A DNA stretch of 63,716 bases, counting the filler, from Reticulomyxa filosa (lineage: Eukaryota; Protista; Foraminifera), in assembly GCA_000512085.1 (NCBI GenBank). It is 22 parts of 22 records of this genome, joined end to end, with 100 filler letters (N's around TTAATTAATTAA, not from the genome) between each part and the next. Parts side by side here need not be neighbours in the genome. Positions count along the whole stretch, not along the records: positions 9,080 to 16,846 come from ASPP01004209.1; positions 16,947 to 18,981 come from ASPP01018883.1; positions 19,082 to 21,200 come from ASPP01037617.1; positions 21,301 to 33,665 come from ASPP01026154.1; 18 more parts are not named here. One strand, given 5' to 3'. This document shows positions 12,128 to 24,999 of the stretch, piece after piece. The notes under the pieces were generated by a model that did not search any database, was not told the DNA's origin, and was given only the letters and a program-made list of their open reading frames with translations. How positions within the stretch are numbered: position 1 is the first letter of the stretch; every line of letters starts with the position of its first letter. The position numbers and the translations under genes are program-made.

Positions 12128-14940
12128 TTACTCATGGCCAGATTGGCTTGGTGCATTTGGATCACTTCGAAAGGGATTGCTGTAGCTTGGAAAAGTAGAT
12201 CCCACCGTACCAAAATGGATAAGACTAAGTTGATTATATTGTATATTTCTTCTTGGTGCTTGAAAGAATTGAAAAAACAAGAAATGTGGGGGAAGAGAAA
12301 TAGAAAATAGAGTTAAATAAAACAAAATTAGTACCGATCACCCATTTCGCAGATCTATTCAAAGTTGAATACAAAAAAAATGTATAAATTTGAGTTATAT
12401 GCAAACAAAAAACAATTCAAAACTGGATCAATGTTACGACCAATGACAATTCCATCTTCTTGTGCTTCATACTGTTTAACGAAATCACCAAACACATTAC
12501 GACCAATGGCAACGACATCCCCTTTTTTCAGCCATTGATTAACCCCGACCATCATTTGCAAAGTTCCTCCATGTTCGACAAAAGACCATTTGGATTTGAC
12601 ACAAATGGTAGGCATTACCAAAGGTGGCTCCACGGTGTCGTGGATCATTCCTAAAAACGACAGCACATTTTCAACGCCTTGCAATGCGTGTGAAATATAA
12701 GCTTTCTGAAACGAAGAAGGATTGCCAATTTCGACAGTGATAGCCGGCTTTCCAGCCTTCATCGCGGCTTCTCGCAAGCTGCCATCGGGAGCAGTGCTGT
12801 GCAATATGATCTGCGGAGCCTGCAAAATGGCCATTTGTTTACACACGTCGTGATTCATATCAGCCCGTGCATACAGCGAGTTTTGTCTGCCATGCGACGC
12901 CGTGTGTAAGTCGATCAAATGTGTAATCTTTTGAACAAACTTTTGCGTCAAGCAATACACAAACTGAGATGCACCTTCGCCACTAGACGTCCCTGGGAAC
13001 CATTTGTTTAAGTCCTTCGTTTCTTGTCCACAAATGAAATGGCGAGTGCGATGAATGAACCCAGGAGGATTGGCACAAGGAATGCAAACGATTACACCTG
13101 TCAGTTCGTCCACATTGATTGCACGGATTAAACGATGAATCACACTCACTCCATTCACTTCATTTCCATGTAATGCAGCTGTAATTCCGACTACGGGTCC
13201 TTTCTAATATACATTTATTTCATTTCATTTTTTTTGTATGTAATAAAAAAAAAAAAAAAAACTTGTATTGCGAAACGATAGTGCCTTTGCAAATGATAAC
13301 AGGAAGCTTGAGCGATGTAAGTGGATCGTCGACAGCCTCGAGCCACAAACGCGTTATTGTGCCAGGTTCGCATGCGTCAATAGGTAACTCTTTCACAGTG
13401 GCGACTTGATCTTCCACAAAGAATGTGCTCAAATCCACATCTGAGCTCGGCATGGGATCTATTTGCTATTTTGATGCGTGTCATTTCATTCGATAGCAAT
13501 TGTCACAACACAATAGCGCATATCCATAAATATACATACATACATATATATGTATATATAAATATTTATATATGTGATTATATTTTTAACTGCTAATTGA
13601 CCCATTAACTCATTTAACTTTGTAATTTCGGCTTCAACGACATCTTTCTTTTGTCGAAAACGCTCCACAGATCGACTGAGACGCTGTAAATCTTGTTTGA
13701 ACTTTTTTATTTCCTAAAAAGTTAGGGGTATGATGATAAGTAGAATATACACGCATATGTGATGAAAAGTTTTGTTGTCTGCTTGGCAAATAGGAAAAAG
13801 AAACAACGAACAAAACTTTGGGGTCTTTTGAGTCATCGCCGAGGATCGCAGGCTCGGGCGTTGATTCTTTGTTTTTTGACGCGATGGGGTTGATCGATTC
13901 GTCTCTTTGACTTTTTACAACTTTTGGGCGCAGTGATAGAGAAAAGCTCGAGCTACTATTCGCCGGTTCGAGTGCTTTTACGTATTTGGTGGTATGCACG
14001 TACATACATCATGTACGACATATACATTACAAATCAAAAATAAAATATGTTCTCAATAAATTACAATTTTTTTTTAAAAAAAAAAAAAAAAACAACTTAC
14101 ATAATAATCCGCAAACATTTTCTTTGGAATAAGTGTCATATTTTTTAATAATATTGGAAATTGCCAATTCATTTTGTTTCCAAAATATCAACAAACGACT
14201 CAATGCGCGAATGGCAGTGGAAATTTTGTTGGACTTTAATTTTTCTTGTTTGAATGTTTCATTGGATGCTTTATCGGATACTTCACTAGTACTACTACTA
14301 GTACTAGTAGTAGTAGTCTCATTAGTAACCACATTTGCAGATTCGTTGGTCAAAGTAATCTGAGTCGGGCTCACATTCGCATCTGCAGATTCTTTCTCCG
14401 TGCTCGACTTTATGTCATCTTTCAATAGTGAGTCTGTTTGACTGCTTGAGAACGACTCACGACGCTTCTGTTGGTTGCCCTTCCATTGCTGATATTGGTC
14501 CGGCATCAGCAATCGCATATGCTGCTCATAGTACTTGCGCAACCGCTCTGCAATCAAGTTGTCTGCACCACCAATCTGTCCATTTGCAGATGTTTTGCGC
14601 ATTTTGGAAATGCAAATGCGAAATTACCTGCTTTCTTTTTTTTTTTTCAAAAATACTTGCTCACCTCTTTTATTAACGCTATGAAAAAATTTGCTCTTTT
14701 GTCACGAAGAGGAGTGCTTTCATTGGCCTCCAATTCAAACAAATCGTGCAATAAAATCTTCAATGCGTCGTAGTCAATGTAGTAATCTTCGAGCTGCTTT
14801 ATTTGTGACGCTTTGTACTGTTCTCCAAATTTCAACAACGACTGTGCGCGACTTAGTTTTGGCTCTTTTTTTATTGGTTCCGCTGTTTGAGAGGAGGATT
14901 GTTGTTGAGGCGTTTCTTTTTTTTCTGTTGACGCAGACAT
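12128..14940 (-). CDS. SPX domain - coiled coil - M14 succinylglutamate desuccinylase/aspartoacylase (AstE/AspA) fusion protein
   Basis: SPX N-terminal LKFGEQY...YYIDYDALK and C-terminal IIKKYD. M14 motifs TAALHGNE, NPPGF..R, DLNK.FPG, IDLHT, ITVEIG, plus a C-terminal barrel-sandwich domain. An 8-exon phase-consistent GT-AG model joins them. Confidence 0.8.
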
Positions 14941-15195
14941 CTTTTTCTTTTACCCTCTCTTCTTGTCTCGTCGACGAAAGGATCTTGGCTGAAGTGAGCC
15001 TTTTTTTTTTTTTTGAAAAAAAAAGCCAAAAGTACGTAGCAAAGCTTCCATGTATTGCAAAAGAAACGCTTAAAAATTTACTTTGGATAAATATACAAAA
15101 CAATTTTTTTTGTAAAAAAAAAAAAATATATTTCATACGAAAGTAGGAGGACAAACGAAAAAAATTCATATGTTTAGTCACAAAATAAAATAGCA

Positions 15196-16827
15196 ATGCC
15201 AGAGGCAGAAGCAGGAGCAGATGGCGATAATGTTTGTGCTCTCTTCCAGTATTCATGAATAAGAATACTGGGAACAAAAACGACCTTGCTTTCTTGTTTG
15301 TCGTCTGGATATAGGAATCACTCTCACAAGAGTCAGGATTTGAAATTTTTCACAATTTGCCACATCCTATCGAACACTTTGTTGGTCGTCGACAACTGCT
15401 GCAGCAGATTGCCGATGATCTTTTGGAAGAAGAGTTTTTCTGTTGACAAAACGCTAAACACAAAGCATATACGAGCAACAAATGAAAATGTTTGAAAAAA
15501 GAAAGAGAGAGAGAGAGAAGCCCCGAGGACAGAACAATGAAAAAGATTGTGTGTTTTGTGTGTATACAACAAATGATACAAGAACACGTTTAAGTGTAAT
15601 ATTGGGAATGAAGGGAACGGGGAAATCAGGATTGGCAACGATGATCGGACATTACTTTACAGAATATGATACATTTCAAGACGGAATATTTTATTTGCCG
15701 TTATTTAAGATGAATCAATACTACGGCTATCAAACGTTTGACGATTGTTTTTATCATATGTTACAAAGTTATTTTTTGTGATTTGTGAACAAAATGCAAG
15801 TATAAGCACAAATACAAATACAAATACAAATACAAATACAATATATTGACAGAATGCAAAATTGAAAAGCATTGGGCATTAAAAGACGATGAGAAATTGA
15901 GCAAAGCCAATATGTATCAATTGATGCGTGATTCATCCGACAGCGTGTTAGTGATTATTGATGATTTTGATAGATTCGTATATGCAAATCGATTGACTTC
16001 GACAGAGGCGAGCAAAATACTTTACAAATTGTTCCAAGGCCTTCGAAATGAATGCAAGGTTTTTATATAAATATATAAATATATAAATAAAAAAAAAATT
16101 ATATAAAATAATAAAAAAATGATATAAATGTATATATTACATGTTTGATAAGGTCGTGATAACCTCTCGAACCGAACTCCCAGTGTATAACAACTTTTAT
16201 TGCTTTATAACAAAGTACTACACCATTGAACCATTGGAATTGCGCGACGCGTCGGATTTGTTCTCGCAGCTGACGCAATATTCGGTGGGAGATATACGGT
16301 CTCATTGGACCGAGTTCCGGGACGTGACCATGTTCAAACCTTCGCACATTAAGAGATTGGCACGTTTGAATGCAAAGCTGCGCTACGAAGAGCTGAGCTT
16401 TAACGCGTTGTTGTCGCTGTATCAGGAATTTGACACCAACTTCCTGACCTCGCACAGCAACTTCCCGCCTTCCCGTGGGCCAAGCAAAAAGCACTCGGCC
16501 GCGGACGAAAACGAGGCTAGATACACGGAGGGCGAGGAAGAGGAGGAAGAGGAGGAGGAGGAGGAGGAAGAAGACTTATTGGCGGACGAAGACGAGTGGG
16601 ATGCCGAACTTACTTTGGTCGGTAGGGAAACAGAGCCTATGGATCACGAGACGGAGGAAGATAATGATGATGATCGAAGAAAAGGAAGAGGAAGAGAACG
16701 AGAACAGGAAGATATAGTCGAAGAAAAAGTGCAAAAGAAAAGAGACAAAAGCAAAGAAAGAATTGAACGAGGCAATGAACATGAAGAATTGCTTCAACCA
16801 CATCCATCTGTGGTATTATTTGTCTAA
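15196..16827 (+). CDS. NB-ARC-like STAND P-loop NTPase with acidic tail (multi-exon, probably 3' truncated)
   Basis: NLPHPIEHFVGR, Walker A GMKGTGKS, Walker B VLVIIDDFD, sensor-1 VVITSR, IEPLELRDASDLF. Confidence 0.8.
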
Positions 16828-16989
16828 ATACATTAATATATCAATANNNNNNNNNNNNNNNNNNNNNNNNNNNNNNNNNNNNNNNNNNNNTTAATTAATT
16901 AANNNNNNNNNNNNNNNNNNNNNNNNNNNNNNNNNNNNNNNNNNNNGCTTGACACGCCCCACTGCAACCCATCTATAAAAAAAAAAAAA

Positions 16990-18981
16990 AATCAAATACC
17001 ACATCAGTCTCATCGTTACAATTCTTTCCATCAGTTTCCCAACTCCGGATAACAATGCAATATGCCTGTGATTCTTGCAAATGCTGTGATCTCGATCTGG
17101 TTTAGCAATTGGAACAATGTTTGCCATCTTCCATGTATCCAATGGAATAACTCTAATCAAATAAAGAGTCGATCATACTCTGTCCACCATTCTTGATCAT
17201 CTGGTCCTTGTGCCTTGTGAGATGAAATGTGTCTCATTGCTTCAATCATTTCTTCTTCTGTGATTTCACCTTGACGCATCTCAAATACACCAGGATATTC
17301 ACTCATTTCTGTTTCTCTCTTCATCCATTTCTTCAGAATGATCTGGTGGTTTTGGAGGTTGAGCGAACCATGACACCAATAATTCTGCTTTTTCACTGTC
17401 TGTTTTTGCCACTTGATTGTTATGTGAATCAACCAATGCACTGATCTTGTTGTTGTTCATCGATTTGAATTGAGAGAATTCCCTTCTTGAAGTGATTGAA
17501 TACTCGTAATCTCCGTTTCAGTTCATTTGCAGCTTGTTTGTACGTATCTCTTGAAATTCTCTACTTCTTTTCTTTTTATGTGGAGAGAATCACTCCACCA
17601 AGGCTTGTCCAATTGTTCTTTTTCCTAGGACTTGACGATACAATTCCCAATTGTTGTTTCTCAAGTTCCATGTTTCAGTTCTTTATTTCTTGATCTGTGG
17701 AGATGTCCAACTTGCCCGAATGTTGAGTGTGATTGGCATCATTGTCTGTTCTCCAATTGCTGCACAGATGGAATATTGATGACGAATACAGTGTGATGTC
17801 AATGGATGACAATCTTCCATCATCTCCATCCTTCTTCTCAAATGTGGACTGGAATTCAGAATATTCAAATTGTTGTTAATGATGAAATCCGAGACATGTT
17901 CACCAACTTCATCTATATTTTCATCCAACCATGCTGAGGGATGAGCATTCCAATCACCACCAATTACAATGTGTTCTGTGATCTTCTTTGCCTCTTTCAA
18001 TTCTTTCTCAAATAAGTTCAAATCGAAACAGACAATTGCTGGAACAATTTGATCTTCTTCGTATCTTACACTCGTTTTCTGCAAAACATGATCGATTTCT
18101 TTTGTCCTGGACAGCTAATCTCCACCCAACACGACTCGTATCCTGCGATCTGGGACTTGTCTTGCTGTTTTCCACGACACAGGATGCATTTTTGTTTGCT
18201 TGGTTTCTTTCTGTGATGGCAGTCTTCTGATTTATGGCTTCATTCCACAATACCTGCCTTCTGCTGCAGCCCTTTGCGAAATGATTCAAATCAAAGCACT
18301 TCCTGCACTGGATGAAATGTGACCTTGGTCTATTTCGGTATTTATCGAACAGCTCACACTTCACCAATCTGTAATCTTCCCACTTTCTCCAAGTTGTATC
18401 CCATGTCTTTCTGCGATCTCTCTTCACTTTCACTTGGAGAGATGTTTTTCAAAAGCACAAATCAGTTGATCTCTGGGTCTTCCTGTTTTCTTCTTTCTTT
18501 TTGTTCCGTTGCGTACTGTGGATTGTACACAACACATTTCATTTGCTTCTTCTTTTTCTTTTGTTCTTTTTCTTTGTCTTTTTCTTCTTATCATTTTCTT
18601 GTTGATGCAACTCATTAAATGACTTTTGATTATCAAAATGCACATACAATGTCCTCCAAGTCTGTGAGAACGTGTGCGCTTTGATCTTGGGCGCCAATTG
18701 TTTGCTTTCCGTCCACTGGTGTGATTACAAGTGTCGGAGATGTCCGACAAGTAATGTCATCATTCAATTCATCCTTTTTTCCTTCTTCTTTTTTGCTTTC
18801 TTGTTGGATCTGTAATTGCATAACCTGCCATTTCACTATGTTCATCTTTTGGATAGGATCTTTTCGTTTTCCGTGATCCAGACGATAAATCCACTGCCGA
18901 ACGTCTGCCATTGTTTGATGATGCATATACATTTTTCATATCAAAATCTTGGTCGTTCATTTCATTTTTTGGATTTGGCAA
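16990..18981 (-). mobile_element. Decayed non-LTR retrotransposon (gag zinc knuckle, APE endonuclease, RT N-terminus)
   Basis: QCRKCFDLNHFAKGC (CCHC knuckle); IVIGGDWNAH.SAW (APE); KAQGPD and WKMANIVPIAKP...NHRHIALLSGVGKLMERIV (RT domains 0-2). Many frameshifts and internal deletions; no introns. Confidence 0.9.
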
Positions 18982-19153
18982 NNNNNNNNNNNNNNNNNNN
19001 NNNNNNNNNNNNNNNNNNNNNNNNNTTAATTAATTAANNNNNNNNNNNNNNNNNNNNNNNNNNNNNNNNNNNNNNNNNNNNTGTTTTAAATGATGTAGAT
19101 ACATTAAATAGATTAAATATGTTTGATCGGATTGAAGAGTAGCGACAACATCT

Positions 19154-20875
19154 TCAATTACTACATACGTCCATGTGTTCTCTATTGGAGTTGTTCATCC
19201 TTGGGAATTGTGTTGGGCTTTTTTTAGATTGTTGGGAACAATTAATGTTATTTTGCTGGAGGTTATTGGAACTATCTTGTGAACTAGCTGTACTATTATT
19301 GTATCTGGGTACCCATTCCATTCTTTGAAGTGGTTGTCTGTAGTACCAAGGATTTTTTTTATATCTCCAAGAGTGTGGCCGTTCATGCCAGATATTTCTT
19401 CGATAGTGTTGCCTTGGTGGAAAACGTGTTGCCTGAGTATACGTCCATCTGCGACGATATGCATTGTGATATGGACTATCATCATGCTGTTTTTGACGTT
19501 GCTGTCTTTGATAACAATTTTCATTTCTTCCCCTTGGCATCGTCTGGTTGTTATATCCAGTAGCTCTATGATAATGACTCCCACTATTCCGTCCTCTTAG
19601 GAATTGTTCGTTTTCGCTTCTTTGGTTTCTACTCGGCGTTCGTTTCTTGAGCCTCTCTGGATTGAAGTATTCGACTCTACTTATATCTCTTGGCCGCATG
19701 GATGGTATCCATTTCATTAATTGCTTCTTCACGACTTGAGCTATAAATATGTCCGCGCAGTCCAATACAAAGAATATCTTTTGTCCTGGCGATGCTTGCC
19801 CAATTATTTGCACTTCATGTATTTGCTCAGTCGCAATTTCTCCACATTGGAGCATGTTATATATATCAGCTGCGTTTCTGTATTTCCATAGGCCTTTCCC
19901 AAATAAAATGAGCTTCTTCGTCATTTGAGTATTCAACTTTTCTTGGGGCGCTAGTCTTTCATGTTGTTCTCTCAAGTTACAGATATCTTTCTCTATATCT
20001 TTTAGTCTTTGCATTAATTCTTCCTTTTCTTTCTTTAGACTCTGGACAATCATCTCCTGCTTCTTGAGTTCTGCATTTAGGTCCATAATCCGTTGCTTAT
20101 AGCAATTATCGATTGTGTCTGCTTGAGATAGTTTCTCAAATTGGTTTCCCAAATTCTTTGGCGATAATGGTTTTTCTGGAGATACTGGTTTTTCTTCCTG
20201 ACTTGATATGTCTTTCTGGGCCAACTGTTGCTCCGGAATGTTGTTCGGAGATGTTCCGGTCTTCGTTTTTATTCTTTTATTTGATCGCAGCATAAATTTA
20301 TCAATTTCTGGTTGTCGATTGTAGTTATTTGCATCTTCGTCTTCGTCATCATTATTCACTGTCTTGGGGGTTATTTGAGATAAAGGTCTTTTCCTTTTAT
20401 TGTTAGCTATATTACTTGCAGGTGTTTCGTACGTATGACTTTTTTCATCCACCATGCTATAATTATCGCTCTGACTTTTTATTGTTGCTATATCCTCCTC
20501 ATCGTTTTGTTCATCTTCGCTTTTGAATATTTCTCTTATGTTTATTTTCTCTCCAGGCTTTTTTATACGTTGGGGTCCGTGAATAACATCTATTCTCATT
20601 TTTTGCAATTCCGACCACTTTTTTGACTTAATGTTGTCTTTGATAATGTCCCAATTCCAGTTTGTGAAGTCTATCCGGAGTTGTGCCAATACCTTTCCCG
20701 TCAGCATTTTTGGCTCGATATTTATTACATTGCAGCTTTTGCCTCTGCAATGCTTTTTTACACTATTGCTTTCTTTGAATTTCCACATGTGATTGGCAAT
20801 TTTGTCAAATGCCTCTTGAGTATATTCACAATAGGGGCAGCGGAAGGATGACATCTCGGCTGTAAAAATTCTCAA
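19154..20875 (-). CDS. Intronless 573-aa protein: Zn-finger-like / coiled coil / RRM-like / basic tail; possible retroelement ORF1
   Basis: FRCPYC...H near the N-terminus, heptad coil, KKLILFG...IFFVLD alpha/beta region, R/Q/Y-rich tail. Intronless, unlike host genes here. Confidence 0.5.
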   Translation of the reverse strand: MRIFTAEMSSFRCPYCEYTQEAFDKIANHMWKFKESNSVKKHCRGKSCNVINIEPKMLTGKVLAQLRIDFTNWNWDIIKDNIKSKKWSELQKMRIDVIHGPQRIKKPGEKINIREIFKSEDEQNDEEDIATIKSQSDNYSMVDEKSHTYETPASNIANNKRKRPLSQITPKTVNNDDEDEDANNYNRQPEIDKFMLRSNKRIKTKTGTSPNNIPEQQLAQKDISSQEEKPVSPEKPLSPKNLGNQFEKLSQADTIDNCYKQRIMDLNAELKKQEMIVQSLKKEKEELMQRLKDIEKDICNLREQHERLAPQEKLNTQMTKKLILFGKGLWKYRNAADIYNMLQCGEIATEQIHEVQIIGQASPGQKIFFVLDCADIFIAQVVKKQLMKWIPSMRPRDISRVEYFNPERLKKRTPSRNQRSENEQFLRGRNSGSHYHRATGYNNQTMPRGRNENCYQRQQRQKQHDDSPYHNAYRRRWTYTQATRFPPRQHYRRNIWHERPHSWRYKKNPWYYRQPLQRMEWVPRYNNSTASSQDSSNNLQQNNINCSQQSKKSPTQFPRMNNSNREHMDVCSN

Positions 20876-21384
20876 TTTTTGATTTGGATATGTTAACTTT
20901 ACTTCTTTCGTACCGATGCAACTTTCCGTTTCCGTTTTCTGTGTTTCCGAAGCATGATCGCTTCCAAAATTCTGATCTTGTGTAACACTTCTATGTGTAT
21001 TTTGAATTTCTTCGTCCGGGTCCAGGTCTGTCTCCTTACTGAAATCGTAAGGGCATTTCTTGTCTCCGATGAGTTTTTATAGTGAGATTGGTAGTTCATC
21101 GAGTGACAAGATTCGTCTTTTTTGGCTTCCATTATCTAAGTTCTTCTACGAATCAATGTAACTTACTGGCAGTCCACTTCTATCTTTATTTTACCATTCG
21201 NNNNNNNNNNNNNNNNNNNNNNNNNNNNNNNNNNNNNNNNNNNNTTAATTAATTAANNNNNNNNNNNNNNNNNNNNNNNNNNNNNNNNNNNNNNNNNNNN
21301 TATACTTGGTAACAGTCAAATAACGAAATGGTTTTTGTTTTTGAGAGTTTTGTCCGGAAAAAAAAACAGGAACACGAACAATTA

Positions 21385-22234
21385 AAAATAATTATTCGAC
21401 ATTGGTACCGACTTCAAATGCTAAAATGAGATGGGATAATAAATATAACCAAATTATTATTGTATATGTTAAGCAATTTTTCTTTTTTTAATCCCTATTT
21501 AAAAAATTTTTGTTCAAACAACGTTTGCATAGGCTAAATTTAAATTAGAAAAAATTTTAAAAGGACATACTGGCATTGTCACGAGCGTGCAATTTTTACC
21601 AAATGGTCACGAAATTGTTTCATCGTCACAGGACAAAACAGTTCGAATATGGAATATTCTATCAGGAAAACAAACCAGGACATTCGGTCAAATATTTACC
21701 AACTCGGAATATGCTTGTTTCATGTTCGGAAGATAGAACAATTCGACTATGGGATATAGCATCAGGAAAAGAATTCCGGAAATTTGAAGGACATTCAAAT
21801 GTGGTATCTAATGTGGACATTTCTCCAGATGGTGGAAATATTTTATCATGTTCATTTGATGAAACAATAAGGATATGGAATATCAACTCAAAGTAGAAAT
21901 TAAACGTTTAATGGGCCATTCAGGCGGTGTACGTAGCGCACAATATTCACCAGATGGACAAATGATTGTGTCAGCATCTTATGATAATACTATAGGTATT
22001 TGGGATGTACAATCGGGTAGGAGATTAAAGACATTAGAAGGGCATTCTGATTTTGTATTGTGTGCAATATTTTCTCCAAGTGAGGAATCAATTTGTATAT
22101 GGGATATACAAACCAGACGTAAGATACAAGAATTGTATGTAAGCTTTGGTTTGATGGCAGTAGTAGATATTTCACTGGATGGTGATATAATTGCATCATA
22201 TTTTGCAGACAAAACAATTCAAATATGGAGATGA
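21385..22234 (+). pseudogene. Degenerate WD40-repeat gene (family A)
   Basis: GH...SPDG...D.TIR.WD repeats broken across ORFs 21576-21896 and 21875-22234; broken N-terminal box exon at ~21390-21467. Confidence 0.8.
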
Positions 22235-22905
22235 AATAATCGATCTGAAAAAAGGATATTATATAATTTTTTATCTTACTAATGTTAAATCATTTTCATT
22301 GTTGAAAAGTTTTTAGACAACCTGTAGTATGTTGTTTTTATAAAAGCAGCAAATATAAATTCTTCTTTTCAAAAAAATAAAAAAATAAACAAATGAAAAG
22401 TAAGCTCAAAAATTAAAGATAGCGTCAGCATTAATTAGTTTTTCTCAACCTTTTCAAAAACTTATTTCTTAATGTGAAGGCAAAAAATTTTAAAAAATAA
22501 TTTACTGTCTATAACAAAAAAACAAAAGTGTGATGCCATAAAATGCCACATATTTCTGCATATATAGCAAAACTGAACGAGCAAATTTTTGATTATATAG
22601 GAAACTACGCAATAACACAATAGAGTATATGTTACGCAACGAAAGCGATAAAAAAACATTTAAAATACAGATAACAAGCGCAAGATACAAATTGAATAAG
22701 ACATATAAAAGTCCACATATAGATTTACTGTTGGATTGTGCCATTTAAAACTTTGTGCTGACGCCCTTTCTTTGAGAACTCGCACGATTAAGTACGCAGT
22801 GATTAACAGTCTTTTATTGAGGGGAGAAAATTCTACAGCTTTAGCAAATTATAGATCAATTAATAAAGTTCTGAAATCATAAAAAGCAAAACAAACAAAG
22901 CGAAA

Positions 22906-24999
22906 ATGAATAAAGCTGAAGATGAAAAATGGAAAGAAACTGAAGAACTTGTTGAAATTGGATTAAATCAATTTTCTTTTGGTCAACAATGCTTTGACAA
23001 AAATTGGTTGTTGCGATCGAATACGCAAGAACAAATTAGTCATTTTGTTTGTTTGATTTGCAAGCAAGTTGCAAACAATCCAGTTGAAATCAATTGCCCT
23101 CAACACGAACAAATGGATGAAGCATTTATTGTTGGAGAAAATTGTTTAAAACAATTTTTCAAAAACAATAATAATATATGTCCTGTTCAATCTCATGACG
23201 GTTGTCAGTATTATAAAATAAGATCAATGCAAAGACAAATTAATTCATTGAATGCCATATGTCAGAGGCAATTTGAACAAGATTTGAAAACGATTGAAGA
23301 AGGGCTAGCAGATGGAGATATGACAGCGATATGTAATTTTAAAGGAAAAATAGAAGATATTAGTGGGCATTTAATAAATAATTCATGTGCATTAAAAATA
23401 TCTAATTGTTGGTTTAAACAATTTGGATGTGAATATTCTTGTTTCCAGAAAGATTTAAAACAACATTTAATTGAAAATATGAAACAACATTTTGAATTAG
23501 TAATAAAAAAATTCGAACTAATGCGACATATCATCCAACAACAACAAGTTTTTTAAATCTTTCGTTTCATGATATAATACAATTGTAATAATCAATAATG
23601 CAAATAAACATAGAGTGAGATTAAGCATTTGAAATCAGAAAAAGAACTAAATGAAAAAAAACAAAATGATAACTTAATATTAAGACAACAGTCGGTATGT
23701 TTTCTTATTTCTATTTTATGACAAACAAATAATAAAAAACATAAATCAGAATACTTTCACTGAAATTAAACAATTGAAAAGAGAAATTGAATCAAAAAAT
23801 GAGCAAACTTATTCAATAAATTCTAATAATAGTGGTGAAGAAAAAAAAGAAAATTATTATAATCACCAGTTATTACAATCTAAATTCAGTTCTACTTTCA
23901 ATTTTGATTTGTTCCGCTCATCATCTAAACTGGTCAGTACATTCACTGGACATACCGGATGTGTGTATAGTATCGATTATTCAACATTTGATGGTGATCA
24001 ATTCGTTTGTTCTGGATCATATGATAATACAGTTCGTGTATGGGATATTGACAACAATAAACAAATTCAATTGTTCAATGGGCGTTCAAGTTATGTGTAT
24101 TGTGTGAAATTTTCACCATATCATTGTCATAGTCATCATCAAAATGTCATTTGTTCTTCATCACTTGGCAAAGACATTCGCTTTTGGGATGTCAAGCATA
24201 CTCAACAATTACAAGTATTCAATGGACATACACATGGTGTTTGCGGCATTGAATTCTCACAATTCAATGGTGGTCGATATTTGTGTTCTGGATCATATGA
24301 CGATACTATTCGTCTGTGGGATGTTGAGACATCCAAGGTATTGCACGTTTTCAAAGGACATAAATATTGTGTTTGGTGTGTGGATTTTTCACCATTGCAA
24401 AGCAATAATAATGACAAGAACGATAATAATAAAAGTAATAGTATTGGTGTGATTGGTGGTAATGGATATACAATTTGTTCTGGATCATTTGATAAAACCA
24501 TTTGTATATGGGATATTGAAACAACCAAACAATTAATTGTATTCAAAGAACATGGAAATATAGTGAGAAGTGTAAAATATGGGCCAAATGACTCAGGGAT
24601 TATTGGTGGCATAAATACGATATTATCTGGATCATGTGATAACACTGTTCGTTTGTGGGATATTCGATCTGGTCACAAATTCAAGTATTCAATGGGCATA
24701 CAGGATCAATAAGTACTGTCGAATATTCACCATTTGTGATAAAGAATAGTAGTGAAGTAGTTGGTCCAAATGTGATTTGCTCTGGATCAGATGATAATAC
24801 AATTCGTTTTTGGGATATTCGATCAAATAAGAATGAATTGTATGTGATCAAAGGAGATGAGAAAGAAGATTGTGGAATAATATGTCTTAAATTTATGCCA
24901 TTGAAAAAGAAAGAAAATAACAATGAAAAAAAATCAAATGACCGTGAGATTAATTTATGTTATGGCTCAGGCAAAGGTTCAATTCGCATTTGGGGATAA
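22906..24999 (+). CDS. RING-like + TRAF zinc finger + coiled coil + WD40 protein (TRAF7-like layout; frameshift ~24675)
   Basis: CLICKQVANNPVEINCPQH...CL...CPVQ; CNFKGK..HL...C...CWFKQFGC...HL; WD40 repeats ending SIRIWG*. One base is missing in the SGQQIQV codons. Confidence 0.85.

Noticed and set aside
16990-20875. Treating the 573-aa ORF and the LINE remnant as one element
   Set aside because: They lie on different contigs, and the remnant already has its own gag-like knuckle.
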